Below, in pieces: positions 11,801 through 25,188 of a DNA stretch of 64,000 nucleotides (position 1 is its first letter; each line of letters starts with the position of its first letter). The notes below the pieces were generated by a model. It made no database searches and had not been told where the DNA came from. It worked only from the letters and a program-made list of their open reading frames with translations. Both the position numbers and the translations under genes were made by a program. The DNA comes from Chrysomallon squamiferum. Taxonomy: Eukaryota; Animalia; Mollusca. The stretch covers positions 26,164,001-26,228,000 of the forward strand of contig CM022665.1 in NCBI GenBank assembly GCA_012295275.1. The letters are read 5' to 3'.

Positions 11801-14800
11801 CATTCATTACTTGTGTTATAGCCTCTAGATCCAATGTCTGGTGTCACAGAATCCAAACTGAAGAATGGACTTGTAGCTGGCCATGCTTACAGTATCACAG
11901 ATCTTAGAGAAGTATTCACATATAACATTATATCTTTTATTTTAGTACACACTGGACTCACATACTGCGCTGTTTTAGTTGACAAACCAGAAAATCAATA
12001 AAAGTTTAATATATTCAGTAAAAATTAAAAAGCGAGTGGAAGAGAAACACTGAGTGAAAAAGAAATAAGAGAGAAATGATAATAATAATACAGAGAGAGA
12101 GAGAGAGAGAGTCAAACAGTATGAATAATTGGAAATGCTGTAATAATATTTAAATATTTGAAGTGGGTTTTGGGGGATTTTTGTTTTTCGTTTTTTGCAT
12201 TATGTGTATATATATATATACACACATATATATTTATATAAAATCTATATTCTGATTACAATTGTAATCTTAGATTCAGGTGAAGACTGATCATGGTCAA
12301 GGACGTATTATTCTCATTCGAATTCGAAATCCTTGGGGAAATAAGATAGAATGGAATGGATCCTGGAGTGACAGGTTTTCTTATTTATACTCTTTTTGGT
12401 TATTTATTTATTACTGTTTAGTTTTAATTTTAGTTTTTATTTTAATCTTTTCTTTATTTTAAATTAACAAATTCTCAGTGGTTCACATTGTTTTAATTAA
12501 TTTACATTTTACAGTCAAAGCTGTGTTTTAATAATATCTTTACTGTTTATAATAGTCACAGTTTTGTTTTTCTTTAAGTAATTAGAATTTCATTTTTAAA
12601 TTTTTTTTTTTAATAATAAACAGATTAATATTGTAGATCTGTTGAGTGGCAAAGTATTCCTGTCCTGGTCCGACAAAATATGGGCCTCATACAGAGAGAC
12701 AATGGAGAATTTTGGTTAGTAAGATATCTTTCATTAACAATTAATTAATTAAATCATAATCCAACAGCCAGAATACTATTTATAATGATTTTCATCTCAG
12801 CAAGAATATTGCCAGCAAGTTGTTATCATTTACCGTATAAATTAATTTCCAGTCTTGTATTGATATTAATTTTGAGAAGAAAGGTACCATTAATATGACA
12901 AGAAAGTTGAATGAAAAATGTACAGTTTTTTTACTGATGTGAAATATCTTTCATTTAATATTTTGTTTGCTTTAGGAAAGCATAATTTCTACATAAATCA
13001 TGTTCATAACAGTTTTCAACAATGCCATAATTTTATATATGAAATATAAATTCTAAAGAAATTTTGTTAAATATTTAGGATGCAGTTTCAAGATTTTCTT
13101 GCAAACTTTGACACATTAGACATCTGCAATCTGTCACCTTATACAATGGCTGACATGCCACAACAGTGGCATGTGGTAGAACACCATGGTAAATGGCAGA
13201 AGGGTTTCAATGCTGGAGGTCAACCATCAAGGTCAGGTCAGTGTTACCTGCAGCTTCCTTTTACCCAGTTAACAATGTTAGAAATAACAAAAACATTCAT
13301 TTGTTTTGTTTATTCATAGACTAATTCATTTTTTCATTTATTTTTTTATACATTCAATTATTCATTCATTCATTTACCATTGATATTATAACTGTGCTTT
13401 TGTGGACTTACAGAGACCCACTGGACTAATCCCCAGTATCTAGTAAGTCTTCAGGACACTGATGAAGATGATGACAATCACTGTAGTTTCATTGTCCAGC
13501 TCATGCAGAAAGACAGACGCAGAATTAAACAAAAATCAAAAAAGAATCATTACATTGGATTTGTCATCTACAAGGTTAATTGTTTATTTGTGTATCAGTT
13601 AATAACTGAACGCCGCTTATAATTCTATTATTAATATTACAGCTGCAGCCTTTCCATTAAAAGCATTACCATTATTATTATGTCTATTACTACTGCTGCT
13701 GTTACTATGACTGCTAACTACTACTACTGATACTACTATGACTACTACTGCTACTACTACTACTATAACTACTGTCATTCTATTACATTTGATGATAGGA
13801 ATACAACTTATTTATTAGTATGTTTTTTTTTTTTATTTTTTTTTTTTTTTTTTCATTTAGTTATTATATTTAGAAAATTAATTTTAATTTTAATATATTT
13901 TTTTTTTTTATGTTTTAGTATTCAAGAAATTATTCACTGCCATTAGGAAGAGATTTCTTTGATTACAATCAGACTGTTGCCAAATGTGATGCATTTGTAA
14001 ATTCGCGTCAGGTTGTCAAGAGATTTACCATGATTCCAGGAGAGTATGTTGTGATACCTTGCACATTTGATGCTGGAAAGGAAGCTGATTTTTACATCAG
14101 ATTCTTTTTTGAAAAAGGAAATGTTGCTGAGTAAGTTCTGATTGCAGTGCACCATTTCCATAGTAACAAACTTATTTACAGCTGAAATATTAGTAGTTTT
14201 TAAACGTCTCTTTTATGAATGTAGTGTTTATAAAATAATTGAATATGAATTTGGAGAGGTTTGTTTGTTAGGTTTTTCTTGAAAATACAGCCTAAATTTA
14301 TGAATATAAATTGTGTGTGTATCTATCTGTGTGTGTGTGTGTGTGTGTGTGTGCTTTAAATTTTAATAATTTGAACTACTAGTGTTCACTTTATATCTAT
14401 ATATCTATCTATACCTATATATATATATTATATTATATAGATAGATAGATAAAATGTTTGCTTTGTTTATTTAAAAATATAGATACTGTGATGAGAGACC
14501 GTCTAGACAAGAAATCCCACTTCCAGAACCTTCCAGTGACATTAAAGAACAAGAAGAAAGATTCAGAAATTTCTTTTACAGTGTCTCTGGAGAAGTAATT
14601 ACATCTTCTTTAAAAAAAACTATCAGTTATTTTTAACATTATTTCACTTGAACTATTCATTAAACCTTTAAAAGAAATACAAATTTACTATATTCAGTCA
14701 GCATTAAATTATTTTCAAAATAAAATATTATTTAACTTTATCCTCACTTACATCACTGTGTTTAAAAATTATTTGAATCTAGAAGGAGTATAAAATCTGA

Positions 14801-15152
14801 ATTCTTTGCTGACTAAATGTTTTTGTAAAACAATAAATATATACTTCTATTATTAATTTATAAATGTGTGCTAATAATATACAACATAGATTACTTGAAT
14901 CTTAAACAGGAATTTCATTACATTTACCCTCCAATTTTATTGTTATTCATGTTCCAGGATATGGCAGTTAATCCTTTTGAATTAAAAATTGCCTTGGATG
15001 AAGCTTTACAGAAAGGCATGTACATTATCTTACAACTGGTGTTGGTATTTTCAAACATTTAATACAATTTTATGTTTTTTACTGAATTATTATTATTATT
15101 ATTATTGCTGCTGCTGCTACTACAACTACTACTACTACTTCTACTACTGTTA

Positions 15153-15195
<43 letters not shown>

Positions 15196-16517
15196 TTATT
15201 GTTGTTTTTTGTTGTTGTAGTTTTTGTTTTTTGTTTTTTGTCTCTTAATTTAAATATTATCAAGAGTTAGTATGTTCAGAATTCAAGCTGACTGGACAGA
15301 GTTAAAAATAATTTATTATTTTACTTTTCAGAGCCTCTTCACAGAAACATCAGTATTGATGCCTGCAAAAGTTTTGTCAGTCTTATGGACGTATCCTTGC
15401 CTCATTTGTTTTAAAATCTTAATAATTAACCTATTAGTGAACATATATTATTTCATGCAGTGGGTAAAAATTAAAATTACTATATTCCTAAATACAATAT
15501 ATATATATATATATATATATGAAATTTAATTTGCAAATATGTGCTCATTGTTATCAACCTGAAGTTCATATGATAGTTTTGGGAGTTTTCTTTTTTCATT
15601 TATTTATTTATTATTTATTTACCTACTTAGCAAAATATTTTGGATTTCCTTAACTTCACTAAGGTAGATAAATCTGGCAAACTAGGCTACACAGAATTCA
15701 GTTACCTATGGCACCATCTCAGAAGCTGGAAGGTTAGCTTTATACCTTGAGAATAATTAAATAGCTTAAAAATTAAAGGGAAAAAAAAAAAAAAAATCAA
15801 TAAAAAAAAAAATTATATTAAACATTAAATGGGAGAAAAAAGATTAAATAATATCACAATATTTCTTTCTGTGAGCACAGAAAGTAACAGTAAAGACTTT
15901 TTTAATTCAAATTATATTGCAATTTTATGTTATTTAGTTGTATTCAGACTAATTCAGTATATATCCTGTATTCAACCCCGAGAAAGTAAAATGTAATAAT
16001 TCTTCCACTGGTAATTTACAACAAAAAGTTTATTATTGGGGTACATGAACATATAAACACTTTGTTATGAAAACATATTTTTGGTATGACTAGACATAAA
16101 TCACTCACTTTAATATAGGTGTAACAAACTGCAACACACACTTTATAAACATGCATGCATGCACACATACACTCACACATGCACACACAAGCATACAAAG
16201 AAAACAGAGTACACACAGACAAAAACAATTTTCTTCAGTGTTACCACACATAATTGTACATCTGATTTCAGAAAGTATTTTATAACTTTGACAAAAACAA
16301 GTCTGGGAAACTGAATTCTTATGAACTTCAAAAAGCCATAGCTGCAGCAGGTTTGAACAAAAATTTAACTGAGTTTTATAAATGTTCTTTTTATTTATCA
16401 AAACATTATTTTCTATCTTTATTTTTTATTTTTTCTAAGTATGTATTTATGTCACAGTGTGTGTTTGTGTATTTTGTATAAAGTTTTGTGTGAATGAGGC
16501 AAGAGAAACAAAAATAG

Positions 16518-16572
<55 letters not shown>

Positions 16573-17832
16573 TCCAAAGAACCCTTTTTGTAACTAAATA
16601 TGTTCTAAGGTGATTTAAAGAGTAAAAGTAATAAATTAAAAGATGAGAATACATGAACGTGAACATGTTAAAATGAGTGTAGAAATAATCAAGAAGGTTT
16701 AATATATCATTTAAAATAATGAATAAACTAAACTGAACATTTAAAACTGAGGAATAACATGATTAGATATTAACAAAGTGGATTAGAAAGAAATTGGTCT
16801 GTAGTAATATTTATGTTTTGCTTTGTATGTTGTATCTGTTTCTGGTTTGTATTCATATCTATTTGCAAATATGTGCTCATTTTCAGTTTTAAAAAGGTCT
16901 TATTTCTGTTTCAGGATTCAAAGTGAATCATAGTTCCATGTCAGCATTGATTTTCAGATTTTCGGATGCAAGCAACCGCATTGATCTTGACAACTTCCTT
17001 ATCTGCCTGGCAAAACTTATGAAACTTTTCAGTGAGTTTCTCCTTCTTCCCAGCACAGTAGATTTTAATATTCTAAAAAAAAAGGGGACTGAGATTGTTG
17101 TGCTGGATATAATTCTCAAGATGAAATGGGTTTTGTTATAAAATAAAAATATATTAAGACGGATGGCAAGAAATAAAAAAAAAAGAAGAAGAAATTCCTT
17201 TTTTTGGGTCCATTAATGTTAAAACCTGAGTGATTAAGCGACACTATCATTTCTTTCTTTTTTATTCAGTTCTAAGTTCATTTAGTTATTTGTGAAATGT
17301 AAAATACTTGTTTACAAATACACTGTGAATATGGATAAACATTTATTTTCACTGATAACTATTCTTATTATTAAAATTATTTAACCTTCAAATAAGCTTT
17401 ACTTCCATTCATGTATTGTCCAAATGAAAATTTATATTTACTTATAAATACATAGATATGTAATCAACATATATTACTGTTTTCAGATACATTTAAAGAT
17501 TACCAGCAAAATGATCTGACTGTTTTTACTCTTCAACAGGTAAGTTAGAATAATTTTATTAAAATATAAGTAAGTTTAGAATATTCCCAGATTTGTAAGT
17601 GCTTTTGTTTGTTGTTTTGTATTTTTGCATTTTGAATTAAATTTGTTTATTTATAAGCTAAATGATAAAAAAACATAAACATACATATAAATTTGAATGA
17701 ATGTATGTATGTTGCATAGTATTCTTACAACTTATTAATAGTTAAAATAATACACACACAGCTATTGTAAATGTTAAATTAAATACAATTTATATTTTGC
17801 AGTACTTGGAAACATCACTATATGCTGGATAA
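5861..17832 (+). CDS. Classical calpain (CysPc catalytic domain, C2-like domain III, penta-EF-hand), about 742 aa, 18 coding exons
   Basis: Exons 5861-6187, 6974-7055, 10452-10713, 11290-11470, 11822-11911, 12274-12374, 12637-12714, 13079-13236, 13414-13574, 13919-14130, 14483-14594, 14958-15015, 15332-15390, 15664-15732, 16272-16350, 16915-17031, 17487-17539 and 17803-17832 join into one open frame. The catalytic motifs [19 protein letters not shown] and IRNPWG are intact, with [19 protein letters not shown] and the EF-hands [14 protein letters not shown] and [14 protein letters not shown]. The 69/79/117-nt PEF exon sizes are typical of classical calpains. Confidence 0.93.
6506..6567. repeat. 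(CT)n microsatellite
   Basis: This is a perfect dinucleotide run. Similar runs occur at ~251-283 and 26613-26675. Confidence 0.95.
7056..8180 (+). repeat. Degenerate ~48-bp minisatellite starting exactly at the calpain intron-2 donor
   Basis: The hand-derived consensus is GTGAGTTATTATGCACTGTGTATTATGAAGTGTGTATTTACCGAGCTG. Roughly 15 recognisable units run to ~7850, with more decayed copies to ~8180. Confidence 0.85.
9214..10205. mobile_element. Non-autonomous foldback/MITE-like DNA element with ~320-bp terminal inverted repeats and an internal ~240-bp palindrome
   Basis: 9214-9534 (GGGTCATTCC...GGAGTACACTGACC) is the reverse complement, with some mismatches and indels, of 9882-10205 (GGTCAGTGTACTCC...GGAATGACCC). 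9540-9780 is itself a near-perfect hairpin. The element is flanked by (TG)n/(TA)n microsatellite and has no coding capacity. Confidence 0.88.
15016..15331 (+). other. GC-AG intron in calpain
   Basis: The donor is AAAG|GCATGT. This junction keeps ...[18 protein letters not shown] in frame, whereas the GT 4 nt downstream frameshifts. Confidence 0.8.
15391..15663 (+). other. U12-type (minor spliceosome) GT-AG intron in the calpain penta-EF-hand region
   Basis: The donor is GTATCCTT, the branch site TTCCTTAAC at 15646-15654 lies just upstream of the AAG acceptor, and there is no polypyrimidine tract. The junction restores LMD^VDKSGKL. Confidence 0.92.
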
Positions 17833-18257
17833 GTGTGGAGGAGACACAAGATTAAGAGTCAGCAACTTATAGGCAAATAGAAATACAAAAAGAAAATTAT
17901 TTACAAAGAAATAATCAAATTAAAGTGTTCCTGGGAATGTTATCTCAAAATGCTTATCATCTACAGCCATCATTTAGATTTTATAGTGAGAACTCAAGAA
18001 TTCCATTAGATGCTCCACAGAGTAAGAAAATTTAAATGACTGATACTGCTTGGAAGATATGTTATCTTTCCCAGATATGGATTAAGGATTTTCAAAAAGC
18101 GAGGTGCCATCATGGTGATGGACATAATTTTGAAGATCAAATTATTTCAGTATAAATGAAAAACAATAATTATCTGAGGCCATGTTTCAATGAGATTACT
18201 ATTACATTAATACAATGAAATTCTGGCCATAAAATATATGAATATACATATACAATA

Positions 18258-18296
<39 letters not shown>

Positions 18297-20550
18297 TGCT
18301 TGTAAGAGACCTTGTTTCATTTACAAGCACTAACATATTTACAATACATCCTTGTCAGTTTAACATTAAAGTCTCTAAAAATATGATTTTTATGAAAGTA
18401 TAAAAAATGGTTTTTTGTTGTTTTGTTTTTTAAGTTTAAGATTTTTATAATATTAGCTCAAGCACTGTATGTACATATAATGTTAATTAAGCAGTTCATT
18501 GTAAACAGTTCATACATAGATTATTAAAAGTGATGACATAATTAATGACACAGCAATCCCAAAATACTCATTTTTGTTTGTATCTAACTATGCAATTCAA
18601 ACTATCATGCTCAGGTTTGAATATGATTTATACTGTCCCAGTTGTCCATGCAGTATTTTACTAAACATGTACATTTTTAACTTTATCCAAATACTTAAAA
18701 CTTTTGTATTCTTATTTTTTTAAAGATCATAGCAAGATACTGAAAGTTATATCTGTGAATATAACTGAACTGCCATCATAATATTTATGGATGAATGTTT
18801 TGACTAAATGTTATTGTTACAGGATGATGTATTTTGTTATATGTTCAACATCTGCTGTTATATTTCAGTTATTATTTATTCTGTCAATTACTACTATGAA
18901 TCAAAATGTTTACACTCTGTTAATACTTTAGGTAACATAAAGCGTGATATTTAAATCCAAAGTTGAGATTATATATTATTATTTTTATAAAATAAATAAT
19001 ATGTATCAAAACAAGAAAATCATGTTGATGAATCCTGCAAAGATATTTTTATTTATAGTTTTTGTAACTTTGTTTACTCTGTGTTACAGTTTTATTAAAT
19101 TATCTTTTTTCACTTTTAAGATATTTTTATTTACACATATTGTAGCAATTTTTCATCTCAACAATGTCACAAAAATGATGTTTTTTTTTTCAGTTTTATG
19201 TTTTGAAAATAATATAATATTTGTAACTTCTATTTATGTTTTTGTGAAATAAATTTTATAAAGTGGTTTCAGTTTCCTTTCATTTTTCATTACATAAAAT
19301 TTTATATTCCTAATAAAAAAATAAATAACATAAATGGTATATAAATTTTTTAAATGTGTAAAGTAAACATTGTCTGGCAAGGCTTATAAATTATATACTA
19401 TTCAAAAGGTGTCAGATCAAGCTGCTGTACATATAAAAACATAATTTGGGTTGCCAATGCTGAACAATTCATGTCACTATAAATTGTTGTTATAAATAAT
19501 GTAATAAGGGTACAGTATATTATGAAGTTTGCTATTTTTATTACATAATGTCTTTTCATAAATCGATTCTGATGGTATGGTTTCCTTCTAGATTATCAAG
19601 TTTATGTGACAAGCTTTGGTAAGTGCTTTTGCTGATATATAAATAACCACTGAAGCTACCCGACATCTATTGTAAATTATTTAAATAAATAAAGAGTTAA
19701 AAGCTGCATTTATTGTACACTTCTTTCACAAACAGGCTACAGTTACTTTATGCAGTAAATAATGACATATTAAATTTGATTGTATACTGAATATTTTAAA
19801 CTTTACTGTACACGTATGTTATGGTTATACAACCCCTGCAATGAAGAAAATAATGAAAGAAAAACAAAAGCCATGGAAAATAACCTCATTCTTCTGTTAT
19901 TTTGCATCTAAGTCTATATTTTAAAACAATGTCGAAAAAGAAATGTCAATAAGCTGAGGGGGAGGGTATGCTGTTTTACGTGATGATTTTTTATAGATTA
20001 AACAAATATGTGATTTCTGCTATAATGGCCAACACACGTGACAAAACATATGTCGTTATGATGTTTTATTATATCACTGCATATCATTATTATCATTTAT
20101 TTATTTATTTATTTAGTGTTACTATTTTTAATTTTCATTTAAAAACATTAAATAGAAGGGACATCAGTAACTGCATCTAGCGCCTCTGTCGCGTAATCAT
20201 CTGACCAATGCTTTTTCTTTGTGTGTTTGCACTTATTGATATGCAACAGCTTGTGAATAATATTGATGGTTTATAAAAATTAGGAAACAGGTTGTAAGAT
20301 GTAAACACGGAATTAAAGCTTCTAGGAAAGATTAATTGATTTCTCGAAAACGTCTTTCAAATATTTGCTACTGTACGCGTGGCAAGCATCCCATTCGTGA
20401 ATGGATAGTTTAGTTCATCTGAGAGAAGTGGATACTTTAGCTCTTTTCTTTCACGCTTAGAATTTATTTATTTATTATTTAACCTCTGTGTTAAATGGGA
20501 ATATAATTTTTCTTATAACCTGATTTAGTCAAACAGTTCGCATCACCGCG

Positions 20551-21207
20551 ATGGCATTTTCGTTGAAAATATTTGCCGTCTTTTGTTTTGTTAATTTATG
20601 CTACGGCTTTGGTGGACATTTTATTTTCGAACTTCCTGACAAAGAACACATGTGTTTTGCCGAATCATTCACGGATACGACATCTATCATTTTCGAATAC
20701 AAAGTCATTCGTGGAGGAAACAACGACGTGGACGTTAAAGTGATCTCGCCAAATGGAAAAGTTTTGTACAAACAACTCAAGAAATCTTCAGACAGAATAT
20801 CAATGGAAGCGTCCAACGGCGAATTTAAATTCTGTTTCAGCAATGAATTTTCTACGTTCACTCATAAAGTTATTTCATTTAACTTGCAGCCATTCGATCC
20901 CAAGAGCCTTTCTGAAGAAGCCGGTGGCCCACAGATACCCACAGTTAAAGTAGCCGCCGAGATATCTATGGATGTAATTCACACCATGATGACGCATGTT
21001 GTGGATTTTCAAAGGAGATATCGTCTAAAGGAGGCGCTTGGCAGACATTTGGCGGAGATGTTAAACAAGCGAACTACGTGGTGGTCGCTTTTTCAGGCTG
21101 TTGTCATTCTTATAACAGGATTTGGACAAGTATTTATTTTTAAGACATTTTTCACTGAAAAACGAAAATCGACAAAACTTGAAACTGGAGAACAACTAAA
21201 AAACTGA
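20551..21207 (+). CDS. p24/TMED family cargo receptor (GOLD domain), gamma-subfamily (TMED3/TMED7-like), intronless
   Basis: The 218-aa ORF has a signal peptide, a GOLD domain with paired Cys (ELPDKEHMCF ... YKVIRGGNNDVDV ... FKFCFSNEFSTFTHKVI), a coiled region, a TM segment (WWSLFQAVVILITGFGQVFIF) and a cytosolic FF motif. Confidence 0.92.
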   Translation: MAFSLKIFAVFCFVNLCYGFGGHFIFELPDKEHMCFAESFTDTTSIIFEYKVIRGGNNDVDVKVISPNGKVLYKQLKKSSDRISMEASNGEFKFCFSNEFSTFTHKVISFNLQPFDPKSLSEEAGGPQIPTVKVAAEISMDVIHTMMTHVVDFQRRYRLKEALGRHLAEMLNKRTTWWSLFQAVVILITGFGQVFIFKTFFTEKRKSTKLETGEQLKN

Positions 21208-21948
21208 TCTTATAGGCATTGAATTCCTAGTTTTATAAACTAGTGTGAGTGAAAAAAAAAGTTATATATATATTTATATTGATATATATATATGTAAACC
21301 ACATAAAATGCATGTTTTAATCATCATATATATCAATGAATTACATTTTAAACTTTATTTATATATTAATCATGAAATACAATGAAATGATTTTCAGAAA
21401 ATTAATTTATAAAAGAATCACGTTTTCAAATATTATATACTGTTATATTTTCTCTTTTTTCCTTTTCCTATCTACTTTTGTAATTTCCGACAACAGTCAA
21501 ATCTACAATTATACTTCTAAATTGAGTTAATTTATATTCCACATAATTCACGCGCATTTGTGTGTGATGTTGAATGACAACTCTCATTCCTCAGATCGAA
21601 AATAAAAATTATAAAAATATTTTCAGTGATAACTTGACTCGAATGTTTTTAGATAGTTTGCCAGTCACGGTATCCTACACAATATCCTGTATAGCTTCGT
21701 GGAAACACCTACGTTTCCCTTTCACAAAGACATAAAACCTTTTAATTCGTTTATTTTTCTCTTCCATTTGTATTACAAGATTACACTTAAATCATTGTTG
21801 TCTGTTAAATGGATTTAATATATACTATGCTCTATAGGTAAGTGTATATTATATATTACACTTCAATTACCTGAAGTTTAAAGGATAATTAGGTTCTTAT
21901 TTAAGTACAGAAAGTTATCTTAAACAGATCATGAAATTTAATGTTTAT

Positions 21949-21983
<35 letters not shown>

Positions 21984-22156
21984 CTGCACCAAGTCACAGA
22001 TGGAATCATAAATGCAAAGCACGTACAGACATTGTTGGTCTGTATAGATTTTTGACTTATGCACGCACACGTGTCCATACAGCGAAATGCCTTTTTGTGT
22101 GAAAGATTGATCGTGACATTTCTAAATTTCATTTCACAGAAAAGGTCATGATCGTT

Positions 22157-22190
<34 letters not shown>

Positions 22191-23326
22191 TTTCTTTATA
22201 TAGTTACATATGTTTGATTAATTTAAATTCTAACATATTGTTATTCGTGGAATTATAAAGAGTACATTCAGCATAAAATATATATATATTTTTTTAAATA
22301 GACAACAAAACATACCATATATGTATAATTTTTATTTATTTCCAGTCCATGATTATTTTATAATTTTATTTAATAGATTTATTTAATTTTATTACTAAAA
22401 ATATATAGAACTAATAAATGTATATTTCAACAAAGGTAAAAAGAAAAAATACTATTAATAATAATAATAAAATACAAATTATAAAATGTATTATATTTAT
22501 TTGAAATAAATGTATTCTTAATAATTCGCGGAATGCCATAACCAAAATAAAGTACGTTACGGCCTTTAATACTGTTACGGTAATAATAATGATAATAACA
22601 ATAATAATAATAAATATTTAATACTGTTATGTAATAATAATAATGCATAATCAAACACTATTTTGAAAACAAAGACAATTGAGCAAACTGTTCTAGTTCT
22701 GTTTAAAAGATATATATATATAATATATATATATTAACAGACTTACAGACATAAAATGTATACCTATATACTTGTTCACATATAAATATGTAAATACATA
22801 CATGAGTTCAGTAAATAAAAAAGATGTTAAAAAAATAAAATAAATAAATAAAAATAAAAATTAATATGTGTATGTAAAATATATAAATAAATAAAAGTAA
22901 ACTGTTTCTCAATTCAGTACATTACCAAGGTCATTACCATTGGATTATCAGTTGTAATAAAACATTTTATGAAATACAGACATAAAAAATGCGATTTCTT
23001 TACTATTTCAACATTTTTCATTAATTTTTATATTTCTTATATTTATTGTGATCAATCTATATGTAAGGGATAAACAGACAGATGCTGTTCTGATATACAT
23101 ACATATACAGTTTGTTTTAGACTGTGCCGTCTCATTGAGAATAAAAAATGTTCACAACACGCACACATATTTATACATTCTTTCACTTATTTTAACTGTG
23201 AATATATCCGATGTAAAACCCAACAGTACAAAAACTGCTTTTGTTAATTGCTTTAAAATTTTACTACATTTTAAGTTGGGTTTTTTTTTTTTTGCGTTTG
23301 ATTCTTTTTTTTTAATTCCATTTGTT

Positions 23327-24409
23327 TCAGTAGAGTCGGAACAATTTATCTGAAACATGCATGTCATCCAAGTATCTGAAAAAATAAAGAAAATAATAAT
23401 AATAATAATGATGATGATGATGATAATGTTTTGAAATCATTCATAATATATTTAGTTCTCGTCGACCTAACGAAGATTCATCTACGAGATTTGCTTAATC
23501 CTGAGACTGAAAAGAATTCTGTTGATAATTTTAAAACTTTAAAAAGGCAAATAAAATAATTATGCGATGTTTATTAGTACGTACACACATTTAAAATATG
23601 TTTAGTTATGTGGAAATTCACTCTGTGAAGAAACAAAATTACATACCGAGGTTCTTTCATATACAGTTGTGGGGGGGTTGTATCTTGGTTAACAAATTTA
23701 TTATCAGATTTAGAGCACGTTGATTTCTATGTCGATAAGTAATACAAATTACAAACAGACGCAGAATGAATTTTTGTTTTACTGTAAAGGTGAAAAGTTT
23801 TTCAATCAGACCGAGACGAAACCTTCTCACCTAAGACGTCACGGTGACTTTACCCAACTAATCTCGTCGTTAGGCCGTTCGTTGTATGGATAAAAAATCT
23901 CACCCCGACATGGACTCGAATTCGCTGATAAAAGAATGTTGTGTCCAGGTGAGACCTGGGTGGTGATTTTATTATAAATGAATTTAATACAGACCCGATC
24001 GACAGATTTCATGTTTTGTTCAGATATAAATGCTGGCGTTAAAAATGTTACAAACGACAGCTGAAAACGTCTCATTTTAGTTGGGTAGCTGTTGCTCTAC
24101 GTACTGAGCGCACTCCCCTTTTCAGGTGCTGAGGTCTAACTATTTGTGTGCGAGTTAAAATAGTCTGGTACAATTTGCATGCTTGATGACAACTACAGGT
24201 AAATGCACTATACTGTTAACCTGTAAATAATACCGCTGTCTGGCAATAAACCGTTCACAAAGGTCGCGAACCGATAGGGTATATTAGATTCAACGACAGA
24301 AAATCAGTCATTCTATTTATCTAAGCCCTACGTGAAAGATAAATGTACATATTTACATATATAGAGTTATAAAATCGATCGTTATAATATTCTAAAAAAC
24401 TATTTGATC

Positions 24410-24447
<38 letters not shown>

Positions 24448-24507
24448 CTGTATTACAGAATTAATAATTCCCAAAAAGAATTCCAAAAATTATCAATACT
24501 AATTGTG

Positions 24508-24566
<59 letters not shown>

Positions 24567-25160
24567 TTATTTTATTTTATTATTATTATCAAAAATGTTT
24601 GGAGGATCAAACGTTGAAAAGAAAGCTAAAAAAAAAAAAAAAAACCAAAACAATCAACATCAGTAAAATAATAATAATAGAAAAACAACTTACGCTGTCA
24701 TTGGGCTATTGACTGTTGGGTATCTACGTTTAGGATCTGCTGTGAACGAGGGTGTGTATCCGCATCCTGTTCCCCAGTTAGGAGGTTTGATTTTGATGTG
24801 TGCGCCTCTTGATGGAAGTATTTGTCTGAGAGTTGACCATTCTTCTGATCGAGTGCACGGGCGTGAAGCATATATAAAATAATCGCCCTGCAGGTCTCTG
24901 TCGAAGGCTCTCAAAGGAGGATCCCCTAGTCCTACAGGAATCCAGTAATTTGGTACTGGTGGAAGAACTTTGGGAACTAATAATTTATGTCTAGGCACGG
25001 GCGCAGTTACTCGTAAGTCATTTGGATCGTATCTTTTGGTTATCCATACTACCTCTGTTTCAGGAGGGTTTTGTTCTTTTTCGCGTTCTTCCCTTTCTTT
25101 TAAATATTTGCTGTAATCTTGATAGCATGCACCGAAACGTCCCATACTAAGATGCGCCAT
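23327..25160 (-). CDS. Uncharacterised 171-aa Pro/Tyr/Arg-rich protein, 2 exons; possibly ciliary or sperm axonemal
   Basis: Exon 1 (25160-24694) ends GC|GTAAGT. Exon 2 (23375-23327) follows a TTTTTTCAG acceptor and continues in phase as ...NSPMTAYLDDMHVSDKLFRLY*. The start context is CAAAATGGCG, and an X-box-like motif lies just upstream. The function is inferred. Confidence 0.8.
23780..24125 (-). mobile_element. Decayed tRNA-derived SINE-like sequence in the intron of the 171-aa gene
   Basis: This is a CpG-rich island in AT-rich intron. The minus strand shows an A-box/tRNA-head-like GCGCTCAGTACGTAGAGC (~24111-24094) and a B-box-like ATTCGAGTCC (~23921-23912). The spacing is atypical, so the call is tentative. 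Confidence 0.3.
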
Positions 25161-25174
25161 TTTGGTACTGTCTC

Positions 25175-25188
25175 GTCGCTATGGACAC
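25175..25188 (-). promoter_or_regulatory. RFX X-box-like motif
   Basis: The minus strand reads GTGTCCATAGCGAC, resembling the X-box GTNNCCATGGNAAC, 14 nt upstream of the ATG at 25160. Confidence 0.5.

Noticed and set aside
20601-20953. Overlapping antisense and alternate-frame ORFs in the TMED gene (similarly 3904, 5849, 5898, 10463, 16928, 33802, 42462, 48717)
   Set aside because: They are shadows of real coding exons.
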